A stretch of 45,037 bases of DNA from Candidatus Woesearchaeota archaeon (GCA_047603125.1 JBLKOU010000004.1:1-45037), one strand, 5' to 3'; shown: positions 29,187-37,727, counted from the first letter of the stretch. Notes: generated from the letters alone by a model not told the origin. Translations and numbers: made by a program.

Positions 29187-29984
29187 ATGCAGCGAAAAGT
29201 CATTAAACAAGGGAATGGGTCATATACAGTAACTTTGCCGAAAAAGTGGACGAATTTATTTGAAATTGATCAGACAAAAACGGTGACTATGTCTGTAAAA
29301 GGAGATACCTTGTTAATTCATACTGGCTCTACTAAAGCACAACGATACGAACTTGATTTGCAGCTAATTAAAAACTCTAAAACGATAAGAATGATTTTGG
29401 TGGAATTATATCGTAAAGGCATGGATGTTATTATAATAAAGAATTATACTCAAGATAATTTATTTTCCATTAAAAAAGAACTCCAAAGTCTTCAAGGATT
29501 TCAAATAACATCGCAGAGCGAAAAAATTATCCAAATTGAATTTATATTTGGCCCGAGTATGTCGGATGAATATCAAAAATACATTCAAAGAATGTTTTAC
29601 ATCTTGATTGAATTTTGTTCAGACAATTCTAACATTCAATTGCAAGATACTTTTGCCACGCTGAATAATTTTTTGCGAAGACTCTTATATAAACGTGATG
29701 TGGTAAATAGAGAATATTATACTATTATTTTAAATAGTTTGTCTCGAGTTATGCATCAAATTAAAACAATTGATTATACAAAAAATGAGCTATCGAGAAT
29801 TTCCTTTTATCTGAAAACAACTTTAGGATTGTTCCAAAAGTTTCACATTACTACTTTTAATAAAACAGTAGAACAATTACAAAAAGATATCGTGGATAAA
29901 AAAAACATGGAGGTTCAGGGCTCATTTAGGGATATATATAATACGTTATCCCGAATACTCGTGTTGAATTATCTTGCTGATTAA
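29187..29984 (+). CDS. AbrB/MazE-type DNA-binding domain protein, archaeal PhoU-like regulator (degenerate)
   Basis: RKVIKQGNGSYTVTLPKKW, LYRKGMD, helical C-terminus. Confidence 0.75.
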   Translation: MQRKVIKQGNGSYTVTLPKKWTNLFEIDQTKTVTMSVKGDTLLIHTGSTKAQRYELDLQLIKNSKTIRMILVELYRKGMDVIIIKNYTQDNLFSIKKELQSLQGFQITSQSEKIIQIEFIFGPSMSDEYQKYIQRMFYILIEFCSDNSNIQLQDTFATLNNFLRRLLYKRDVVNREYYTIILNSLSRVMHQIKTIDYTKNELSRISFYLKTTLGLFQKFHITTFNKTVEQLQKDIVDKKNMEVQGSFRDIYNTLSRILVLNYLAD

Positions 29985-31459
29985 TGACGCAAATATTTAC
30001 TTGTCCGTGCCAACTGAGAAATTTGTGTATAGTGGTACGATGCAGATAAGTCGCAGCCCATCTTGTGTGCAGCTAATCGTAGTCCGTCTAGATATAATAA
30101 TTCTACAACTTCTTGGGCAGTCGGTTTATCTCGTATTTTGAAATTTTGCTCACGACTTATTCGAAAATACGTATTCACTGCAGATTCTACTTGATCGTCA
30201 ATATTCTTATTTAAATCTATTACATCAAGTAAACTAAATGCAATGTCTCGGGACGGAGTGCCAATTCTCACACTACCCAAATCAGTTATCTGTGAATCGG
30301 AGACCCAATTGTCTGCTTTTGCATCGTCATGAGTAATGGTTTGGTATTTTCTTTGAGCATATTTTCTTTCCAGTTCATGGTATGAAGGTCCTTCTCCTGT
30401 TCTTAATCCTGTTAAAAATAAATCACTAATAGTGCTAGAAAGATTGCCATATTCTTGTTTTTGCGTAAAAGTGAGTAATTCTCGTTTTTTTTGGTATTTT
30501 TTTAAATTATTTGAAAATATATCTGCGAATCTCTCGGCTGTAATAACATAGGGTTTATCAGTTTCAAATTGTGAATCATAAGGTAATGAGTGGATTGCGC
30601 TTAAAGTATACAAACGTTTTTCTAATAGTGATGAATATGTACTTGCACTATTTGGTTTTGAAGCTTTCCGAGAAGCCACTAAACTAATCTCTGCATCAGT
30701 ATGGACAATTTCTTGTGGTGTTACTAGGTCGCAAAGTGTCGAATTTGATTGTGCTATTCTGGAGAATGCTTGTGCTCGTTTGGCGCGTTGTGTCTCTTCA
30801 AATTTGTAAAAAGTATTTTTTGGTACAAGTTTAACTTTTTGGCTATCTAAAATTTCTAACTCCTCGCGAGAAAATTCAGATCTTTCAAAGGCGCTATGTA
30901 ATAAGACGGGAGCTCTAGGGTAGAGTTCTCTTAATTTACGTACAGTTTCGATACCTGTTCCTAGTTTTCCTTCTCCTCCTTGAAAGTTGTTATTTATAAC
31001 AAAAACAAGTTTAGAGCTATTCGCACCTGGTGGAAACCAGTATTCGATCTCGCCGTCTGCTATGTTGGATTCTGAAAAAAAGGAAAAGGTTTGGCTTTGA
31101 TTTCTCTGATCGGTTATATTTTTCAAACGATCGTTAACAAAAATAATTCTATGTCCTAAATTTGCAAAATTATCTTGTTGGCAAGGTCCTAATTTTTCGC
31201 AAATGTTGCCAAGAAAAATTTTGTCCAAGTAATTTCTATATTCGTGAGCAATGTAGTTTTTAACTTCCTTAGTACGCATTGGTAAGTCTGCCAGAAGTTC
31301 GGGGTGTTTTTGTTCTATGTCTTCTAGTAATCTATCTGATAGTTCTGACTGGAGTGTAATTTCCTCATCGCCAATTATGTCAATTATACTTTGTTTCCAA
31401 AGTGGTCTAAGAATAGGGCTGACGCGTTCGAATGCTCTGCATAGAGTTGCACTTTTCAT
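29981..31459 (-). CDS. REC-like domain fused to an APH/choline-kinase-like phosphotransferase
   Basis: RIIFVND...TGIETVRKLRELYPRAPVLLHSA...VPK, then THDDAKADNW...TDLG...RDIA. Confidence 0.7.
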   Translation of the reverse strand: MKSATLCRAFERVSPILRPLWKQSIIDIIGDEEITLQSELSDRLLEDIEQKHPELLADLPMRTKEVKNYIAHEYRNYLDKIFLGNICEKLGPCQQDNFANLGHRIIFVNDRLKNITDQRNQSQTFSFFSESNIADGEIEYWFPPGANSSKLVFVINNNFQGGEGKLGTGIETVRKLRELYPRAPVLLHSAFERSEFSREELEILDSQKVKLVPKNTFYKFEETQRAKRAQAFSRIAQSNSTLCDLVTPQEIVHTDAEISLVASRKASKPNSASTYSSLLEKRLYTLSAIHSLPYDSQFETDKPYVITAERFADIFSNNLKKYQKKRELLTFTQKQEYGNLSSTISDLFLTGLRTGEGPSYHELERKYAQRKYQTITHDDAKADNWVSDSQITDLGSVRIGTPSRDIAFSLLDVIDLNKNIDDQVESAVNTYFRISREQNFKIRDKPTAQEVVELLYLDGLRLAAHKMGCDLSASYHYTQISQLARTSKYLRH

Positions 31460-31562
31460 AATAAGGGGGTGACAGGATAGTATTTAAAGGTTTCTATTCG
31501 TAGTTACTAGTAAGTAATAAATTTAGAAATGTTTATAAGTAGGCTTGATTTACCCCTTCCAT

Positions 31563-32501
31563 ATGACAGTAATTAACGCATTAGTATTTAATCCCGAGAT
31601 GGGTGCCATTGTCTCTGATGAGCAGAGTTCTTCACAGAGTAGAAAAGAAAACACTGCAAAAAAAGTCTTTCCTTTATACGATAAAGGGGATTTGCAAGTA
31701 CTTATCGGAGAGGCAGGTCCGGTTAGTGAGAATCTAGAGGTTATTTATTCTTCGCAATATCAACCACTGGGTGCATCTTCATTCTTACAAGTTGCCAAAC
31801 ACGTGTCAAAAAAGGCAGCTAAACAGCGACTTAAATCTCTTAAACACTTTTTAAAAGGGAAGCACGGCCTACCATTTAAACAGGTAAAAAGAGGTAAAGA
31901 CAAAAAAGGAGCAGATATACATTCTTACATTATACAAGCATATATGAGTGATTTTTCACAAGGTTGCCAGCAGCAAAATCAGATAGGAAGCTTTGTTCTT
32001 CTTGGAAAAAGCGCGAATGAGCCTGCCAAAATTATTTATTTTGATTCTCGCAACAAAAATCTTTATCCCATGTTTCAAGGTCATTATTCAACAGGGTCGG
32101 GTGCAGATGCAAGTAATCTTGAATTATCCAAATTTATGAATGATATTCCTAGAAATAATCGTAATAACATTAATCCAGTAGAGGGATTAGAAGTTCTTTT
32201 ATATGCAACACATTTGGCGGGTTCAGTAAACCACGGGGTGGGCGGCATTCCTGATATTGGGATAATTCATAACGACAAAATAATTCAACCTGGGGAGTAT
32301 GAGTCTCAACTTGCAGGGGAAATATCTCAATTGAAGAGACGTGACAACCTCATCCGCCCAGAATTCGCTTATGAAGCGATGAAAGGGTTATTGCTTGAAG
32401 ATGCAAATTTTGATGCAGTCTACGACGATTTACAAAAAGAATCGCAAAGCCAAGGAACGCAAAGACAAGTTGACCAATTCTTACGCGGCTATAGAATTTA
32501 A
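31563..32501 (+). CDS. Proteasome-beta/Ntn-hydrolase-like protein without propeptide
   Basis: M-T-VINAL, SDEQ, KKVF, IGEAG, TGSG, GVGG. ATG 31563 lies about 25 nt after TTTATAAG. Confidence 0.75.
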   Translation: MTVINALVFNPEMGAIVSDEQSSSQSRKENTAKKVFPLYDKGDLQVLIGEAGPVSENLEVIYSSQYQPLGASSFLQVAKHVSKKAAKQRLKSLKHFLKGKHGLPFKQVKRGKDKKGADIHSYIIQAYMSDFSQGCQQQNQIGSFVLLGKSANEPAKIIYFDSRNKNLYPMFQGHYSTGSGADASNLELSKFMNDIPRNNRNNINPVEGLEVLLYATHLAGSVNHGVGGIPDIGIIHNDKIIQPGEYESQLAGEISQLKRRDNLIRPEFAYEAMKGLLLEDANFDAVYDDLQKESQSQGTQRQVDQFLRGYRI

Positions 32502-32508
32502 AAAAAAG

Positions 32509-32581
32509 GATGGCCACCGGGAGTTGAACCCGGGCCTGGGGTTCCACAGACCCCTATGCTAACCATTACACCATGGCCATC
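32509..32581 (-). tRNA. tRNA-His (GUG), G-1 genomically encoded
   Basis: Reverse complement reads G-ATGGCCA...GGGGT-CT-GTG-GA-ACCCC...GGTTCAACTCC..TGGCCAT-C. Confidence 0.95.
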
Positions 32582-32608
32582 ATACTCATGAGGAGATACG
32601 GGTTCTTT

Positions 32609-33130
32609 TTAAAGTTGTTTGTTTAAAAATTTCTTCATCTGCCCGAAAACAAGTGGAGCAAGAAAAGCCACAATGTACAAAAAGACAACGACATGCACAC
32701 TTCTCTCAATATAGAAAATATTTGGAAGCTGCTCAGTTGCAAGAGAGAAAATAACCAGCCCTCCTGTTGCAGCTAAATATGGCACAAAAATATACAAAAA
32801 TAAGTGGTGGTGCCCGCGAAATTGATGGTCGATATCATTAAGAATCGTTGTAAATAACTGCCCAAAAACAAGACCAATTAAGATAAGAATCAAGTAAATA
32901 ATCGGATTTGGTAAGACGGCAAAAAGTGGAACAATGACAAACATGATTGCGATATTTGTCAAAACCATGATAGAAAACAAAAACCAAGGAAGTATGGTAT
33001 CAAATTGTTTTTGTTTCGGGTGACGTCTTGTATGAGATTGTGACATGACGCGTTTGACTCGTTCGAGGTCTTTTTGTTCCCAGCCACGTTTATGAAGACC
33101 GTCCACTATTTCTTGTGCTCGCGAAGACAT
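32609..33130 (-). CDS. Membrane protein (about 4 TM)
   Basis: Soluble N-terminus followed by four hydrophobic segments. Confidence 0.75.
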   Translation of the reverse strand: MSSRAQEIVDGLHKRGWEQKDLERVKRVMSQSHTRRHPKQKQFDTILPWFLFSIMVLTNIAIMFVIVPLFAVLPNPIIYLILILIGLVFGQLFTTILNDIDHQFRGHHHLFLYIFVPYLAATGGLVIFSLATEQLPNIFYIERSVHVVVFLYIVAFLAPLVFGQMKKFLNKQL

Positions 33131-33175
33131 GTGTATTTTTCATACATTTGACTTTAAAAGTCTTTAGGAGTTATT

Positions 33176-33372
33176 GGGTTTGTGTAAAAATTAAAAGAAA
33201 TAAGCAATATTACCTTGATGCCTCATTACGACATGGCGCGATTGTTTGAAAGCTTCTTTCAAACTTGAGGATGAGAATCCGAAAATATGCAGCGCCTCGT
33301 CGGCAAGATACGCGAGTCCAAATCAGTCGTAATATTGCGGTAAAATAAAAATTCAATTTTTCACACAAATTT
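33176..33372. repeat. Structured intergenic repeat, copy C
   Basis: Core 33240-33285. Nested inverted repeats at 33229-33239/33292-33302 and 33204-33213/33329-33338; outer TTTGTGTAAAAATT/AATTTTTCACACAAA. Confidence 0.85.
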
Positions 33373-33386
33373 GGAGTTATTTCACC

Positions 33387-33417
33387 AAAAAAGAAGAGCA
33401 CCTTGCAGCAAAATCAG
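33387..33417 (+). repeat. Partial (left-arm) copy of the structured repeat
   Basis: AAGAGCACCTTGCAGCAAAATCAG matches 34469-34492 with one mismatch. Confidence 0.65.
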
Positions 33418-33442
33418 TGTGTTCTTTATCTAATCAACCCGT

Positions 33443-33973
33443 CTAAGAAACAATCTGTAATTGTTGAATTGTTGCAATCGCTTTTTGTTCATGCGATGCT
33501 AAACAACTTGGAGAGAGCCGTGTGTCGCTGAGTATGACATCGTATTGTCGCTCTTCTTGATCTATGAGATTACGCCGAAAATTCCAACGTTGTGTGGCAT
33601 ACTCTATTTCAACACGCTCATTTGCGGGCACAACAAAGAAGCGTTCTCGTCCATAAAATGGTTCGGAGAAATATAATGTATCTTGCGCATACATGTGTTG
33701 ATTTACTGCAGATAATTCAATTGCTGTTTGTGAATTATAGTTATTAGTTTCACATAAATAGACAAATTGTTGTGGATGTCGTTTTTCAAAAACACCATTA
33801 TTTTCAAGAATGAGTGTCAAAATTGGAACGTTCTCAATCTGGCTAGTATTGATAATAGTTGTTTGTGAAATTTCATACGATATTTGAAGCGAATCATCAA
33901 GGGCAAAAAAGACAAGAAAAGTTAAAATGATAAAAAGAGGAAGTGCAATGCCAATGATGACCTTTATATTCAT
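33443..33973 (-). CDS. Membrane-anchored extracellular hypothetical protein
   Basis: N-terminal TM helix and two Cys; ATGA overlap with the upstream gene. Confidence 0.7.
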   Translation of the reverse strand: MNIKVIIGIALPLFIILTFLVFFALDDSLQISYEISQTTIINTSQIENVPILTLILENNGVFEKRHPQQFVYLCETNNYNSQTAIELSAVNQHMYAQDTLYFSEPFYGRERFFVVPANERVEIEYATQRWNFRRNLIDQEERQYDVILSDTRLSPSCLASHEQKAIATIQQLQIVS

Positions 33974-34224
33974 TTTTTCATCTTTTTTGATAAATACAAA
34001 CCAAGGCCCATCATAATCACGGCTGAAATTCCTAATATGGAGAGTATTCCATTTCTTCCAAGCGAGAATGCGTCAATGATAAAACTCATTGTAAATAAGT
34101 ACAGACTCACACTAACGACATAGAGCACCGGGTACCATTTTCGCATTGTTGTTACAAGTATAATACTCACAACAATTGTGATTAAAAATACTAACCATCC
34201 TACTGCAAGTGACCAACCTACCAT
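33970..34224 (-). CDS. Small 3-TM membrane protein
   Basis: 84 aa, hydrophobic; coupled to both neighbours. Confidence 0.7.
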   Translation of the reverse strand: MVGWSLAVGWLVFLITIVVSIILVTTMRKWYPVLYVVSVSLYLFTMSFIIDAFSLGRNGILSILGISAVIMMGLGLYLSKKMKK

Positions 34225-34400
34225 TATACATCCCTCTCCTGTAATACGTCAGCAGTTACAAAAATAATTACTGTCAAACAGCCTAAAATAACGGCTTTTA
34301 TGATGTCCGGTAAATCAAAGATATACTGGTATGAAAAATAACCAAGTGTTACTATTAACAATATGGTTCCTATCGTATAAAACAGGATTTCGATTTTCAT
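34224..34400 (-). CDS. Small 2-TM membrane protein (58 aa, not in the ORF track)
   Basis: MKIEILFYTIGTILLIVTLGYFSYQYIFDLPDIIKAVILGCLTVIIFVTADVLQERDV*. TAATG overlap with the next gene; TATA-like element upstream. Confidence 0.7.
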   Translation of the reverse strand: MKIEILFYTIGTILLIVTLGYFSYQYIFDLPDIIKAVILGCLTVIIFVTADVLQERDV

Positions 34401-34443
34401 ACTGGTGTATGAGTTTGTGCATATTTAAATGTTTGCTATGCCT

Positions 34444-34598
34444 GGGCTTCATCCAATAAATAAGAAAAAAGAGCACCTTGCAGTAAAATCAGAGAATTTA
34501 GTGATTGTCTGCAACTAAATTTTCGCATACTTCTCAAAGCGGGACTCTTGAGCAAAATCTGCGTGCTCTTTTTTGAAAACAATTATTGGATGAAGCCC
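34444..34598. mobile_element. MITE-like copy D of the structured repeat, with perfect 16-bp TIR and most of the core deleted
   Basis: GGGCTTCATCCAATAA...TTATTGGATGAAGCCC; colinear with the reverse complement of 69-265. Confidence 0.75.
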
Positions 34599-34620
34599 TA
34601 TGACTGCATTTATAAAGAAA

Positions 34621-34885
34621 GCAGACAGCCCTTGCAGCCGGCAAAGGTTGCAACAAGCGACCTTCAATAAACCTCCACTTTGCAACCCTAAAAACATCAA
34701 TCCATAACATGAAAGCTGCTTGGTTCCCCACCTGACTTGATTCTGAGATGAATCGACCAATTAGGACAAAGTATCGACAGTCTATAAAAGACTTATTGCC
34801 ACACTTTACAGACCCACAAGGTTTTCGGTGTTGTCGTATCGTCCGTTTACAAATTGAGGAGGACTAACCCTCGCACCTAGTCTGC
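34621..34885 (-). ncRNA. ffs: Signal recognition particle (7S) RNA
   Basis: Terminal helix GCAGAC/GTCTGC; Alu-like 5' CTAGG..GGGTT..TGTAA..CGATA..CCGAA; helix 8 CAGG-TGG-GGAA-CCA-AGCAG. Confidence 0.88.
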
Positions 34886-34955
34886 AAGAACGTGTAATGC
34901 TGCTGCCTTTTAAAAGTTAGTGGTAGAAAATTGAGAAAAAAGAAAGAAATAAAGC

Positions 34956-35276
34956 CTAAGCTTCTGTTTTTTGCTCGTTCGTTGTTTTTTTCACATTCGT
35001 TCGCTTTTTTTCTTGTGGTTTTGGCTTGCGTGATTCGCCTTGTTTTTTTGCCACAAAACCAGCGCCTTCTAGAGCTTTAAGGACATCGTCGCGTGATGCG
35101 TCTTTTGTAATGTCAATTGTCTTTTCAAGCGGTTCAAGGTGTGCAACATTTACTTTTTTTCGTCTCACATTCCCTTCAACAACCACATATGAATCGTCGA
35201 TAACATCAACAATAGCACAGACATTGTTTCCGTCTCTTCCGGCTAATTTTAAGCAAACTCTTCCTATTTCAAACAT
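34956..35276 (-). CDS. rpl14e: 50S ribosomal protein L14e
   Basis: FEIGRVCLKLAGRDG, VRRKKVNVAHLEP; GGAG SD. Confidence 0.95.
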   Translation of the reverse strand: MFEIGRVCLKLAGRDGNNVCAIVDVIDDSYVVVEGNVRRKKVNVAHLEPLEKTIDITKDASRDDVLKALEGAGFVAKKQGESRKPKPQEKKRTNVKKTTNEQKTEA

Positions 35277-35374
35277 TGTTTTTATCTCCAGATTAAAAGA
35301 AATTGATTTCTTTCATCTTTTATTGTTTGTCCACATACTGTCGCCAATATATGCTTCGTTCGTTACAACAAAGA

Positions 35375-35644
35375 TCAAAGCTCTCGTGCTTTGAATTGTA
35401 ATTCACGTCGTGCTGCGCTGCTACTGAGTACTCCACCAAAAGGTCTTTGCGGTCTTCGCTTTGTTTTTGGCATAGCACGAAGTTTTGCAGGTCGAACATG
35501 TGCGATTCCATGAAGATACTGTCCAGTAACTGGGCAAACTGCTCGTCCTGGTTTTCTCAACTGGTGTGTTAACACAGTTCTTGCACCCGGTGTTCTCACA
35601 AATCGGCGTGCAAATGTATGGTTTTTATGTTTTCCTGATACCAT
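35375..35644 (-). CDS. rpl34e: 50S ribosomal protein L34e
   Basis: VRTPG, KTKRRPQRPFGG. Confidence 0.93.
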   Translation of the reverse strand: MVSGKHKNHTFARRFVRTPGARTVLTHQLRKPGRAVCPVTGQYLHGIAHVRPAKLRAMPKTKRRPQRPFGGVLSSSAARRELQFKAREL

Positions 35645-35697
35645 TTTCGTAACCTTCGGGTGTGTGAAAAAGGTTTGGTTTAAAAAGGTGATTGTTG

Positions 35698-35787
35698 GGG
35701 GTCATATATTTTACCTTGCCGTTATTTGTAGCAAGTTTTCTCTATCAGTGAAATTGTTTGTAAGATTTAGGATTTTGATATAACCCC
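35698..35787. repeat. Short GGGG...CCCC-bounded element, possibly related to the repeat family
   Basis: GGGGTCATAT...ATATAACCCC (9/10 inverted repeat) containing TACCTTGC near its left end. Confidence 0.35.
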
Positions 35788-35855
35788 GAGCGTTATTACA
35801 AACAAGTAGTGACAAAAACAAAACATTTATAAGTTTTGACAATCTAATAGGGTGA

Positions 35856-37052
35856 ATGGTCACTTATATTGATAACAATGTCTTGCTGCACCGGAGCATC
35901 CACTCAATAGATGATGCTGTGGCAACGCCGGGTATTAGAGAAGAATTTGAATATAATAATAGGGCTAAGCTTCCTATTCCTGTTAGAGGTCTCAATGAAA
36001 TTAATGGTCGTTTTAATGGTGCGCTATACGAATTAGCGGACCGATTATATCAAGCTGTAGGCTACGAAGCTCTTGCAAAAGATCTTAGCGCTAATGTATT
36101 TGATGCTTTAGATCAAGTACAAACAACAAGCCATCAACCTTTGGATATTCTCCTAGCTATGCCAGCTATGTTTTTGGCCTCTGTGTCCTATCTTACAAGC
36201 TCATTTTCACAATATAAATTCACCGATACGCCAATTGAGCGATTAGTTACAAAAGCATACGATGCGACAAATAGGCCATTTCACGCAATGTTTAATCCGT
36301 TGCTAACGATAACTCATAAAAACGCTGTAAATAAAGGCAATAGAATTATAGGGCAAGCAACTGATGATGATTTTTTTGGCGAAAACACTGGAAAAAAGAA
36401 AAAATGGATTAAAAAACAATTAAAAAAGGATAGAAAGCCAGAAATAATGCGTAGAAATGGTGAATACTCGGCAGTACAATTTTATAATCATAATGATGAA
36501 GAAATGTTGACAACGGCGATGCTTGATGCATCAATCAACCGACGTGATGTTACTGTCATGCATGAAGACAAAGATTTGGTGGAGTTTGCCCGACAAGCAA
36601 AAAACCACTTTGGCTCCGGCTATGTTGTCAAACTTAAAAGTACCAAATACGGGGATATTGATTTGCCAGTCGGAGAATATCATGAACTTGAAGGTCGAAT
36701 TAATCGATACATGAATATGAAACCTGATACCAAAATTCATCGGCGTGTTCAAAAAGTTAAAAGGTTTCAAATAGAAGAAAATACAACGCCGGGTCTGTAT
36801 GATACTGTGAAAAGTTTGCAGCTGACAGTGATGGGAATTCCAGGTGTATGGGCAATGTCTTTTATTGGAACTCATATGTTGCCTGAAATTCCACTGGAAA
36901 CTATAATAGAAAAACCAATTCAGTTTGGGTTTGTTGCTGCAACAATGGCTGGTGCGCCGTATTTAGCTTTAGCTAGTCTCAAATCAGCACATGTTTTTTT
37001 TAGAGGGCTGAAGCCGGTTGGAAAAGTTGATAAGCCTTGGAAGAACATATAA
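35856..37052 (+). CDS. Hypothetical protein with split PIN-like motifs and C-terminal hydrophobic helices
   Basis: YIDNNVLL at the N-terminus; HNDEEMLTTA...VTVMHEDKDL about 210 aa later; GGGTGA SD. Confidence 0.6.
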   Translation: MVTYIDNNVLLHRSIHSIDDAVATPGIREEFEYNNRAKLPIPVRGLNEINGRFNGALYELADRLYQAVGYEALAKDLSANVFDALDQVQTTSHQPLDILLAMPAMFLASVSYLTSSFSQYKFTDTPIERLVTKAYDATNRPFHAMFNPLLTITHKNAVNKGNRIIGQATDDDFFGENTGKKKKWIKKQLKKDRKPEIMRRNGEYSAVQFYNHNDEEMLTTAMLDASINRRDVTVMHEDKDLVEFARQAKNHFGSGYVVKLKSTKYGDIDLPVGEYHELEGRINRYMNMKPDTKIHRRVQKVKRFQIEENTTPGLYDTVKSLQLTVMGIPGVWAMSFIGTHMLPEIPLETIIEKPIQFGFVAATMAGAPYLALASLKSAHVFFRGLKPVGKVDKPWKNI

Positions 37053-37358
37053 ATTTTGTTCACTAGTTAATTTTCTCGCTACAAACCCTTTTTTTAATAA
37101 ATTTTTATTTTTTTATCGCAAAAGAGTTACTTGATTCCTCTAGTATAGTGAGGTTTAATTTGTAAAGGATATTCTGGTCACATTCGAAAACCCACCTATT
37201 TTAGAACTTTTTATACGAATAAATAAACGCAATAAGGTATTTAGTTTATAAAGGGTGCAGCCACATTCGCAACCTTTCTAAATATACTCAAATTTGTTCG
37301 CGCGCTTCTACACCCTTCGCACACAACTTTTTTAAAAGAGTGTTTTTTCAATGCGCTG

Positions 37359-37727
37359 ATGACATCAATTTGTTCAGCAGTATACAGGTTACAATTAACT
37401 GGTTTTTCAAGAAGGTCATATCCCTCGTGGGAAGTAGAGAGTACAAAAGAACCAAAAGGTCAGATTTGGTACTTACATGCGCAGGCAGATACGTTTTATG
37501 GTCCTTTATTTCCAAAAAACGGAGAGGAGATTGCACCCTTGACATTTTCTCGATTTACAGATTCTCGCCTCATGAATGCTTACTTAGATGCAATTGCTGA
37601 CGGGGCATTACAAGCAAGAAGATTAACTGGACGGGAAGCCATTTCTCAAGTGCAAAAGCTTGCACGCTATGCAAGATTTCCTCCTCGCACGGATGATGAT
37701 GTGTATGTCTTTCGAACAGATATGTGA
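37359..37727 (+). CDS. Hypothetical protein
   Basis: 122-aa ORF with TTTTAAAA upstream. No motif recognised. Confidence 0.5.
   Translation: MTSICSAVYRLQLTGFSRRSYPSWEVESTKEPKGQIWYLHAQADTFYGPLFPKNGEEIAPLTFSRFTDSRLMNAYLDAIADGALQARRLTGREAISQVQKLARYARFPPRTDDDVYVFRTDM

Noticed and set aside
17724..32581. Integrated element at tRNA-His
   Set aside because: I found no integrase and no duplicated tRNA 3' end (att site) in the window.
33229..33302. Repeat core as a type III hammerhead ribozyme (three-way junction, UGA-stem-GAAA)
   Set aside because: The required CUGANGA is absent (only CUUGA), and stem III pairing next to the putative cleavage site fails.
37177..37315. Short direct repeat CACATTCG and GGGTG...CACCC in the intergenic gap
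   Set aside because: Too short to distinguish from chance, with no link to the main repeat family.
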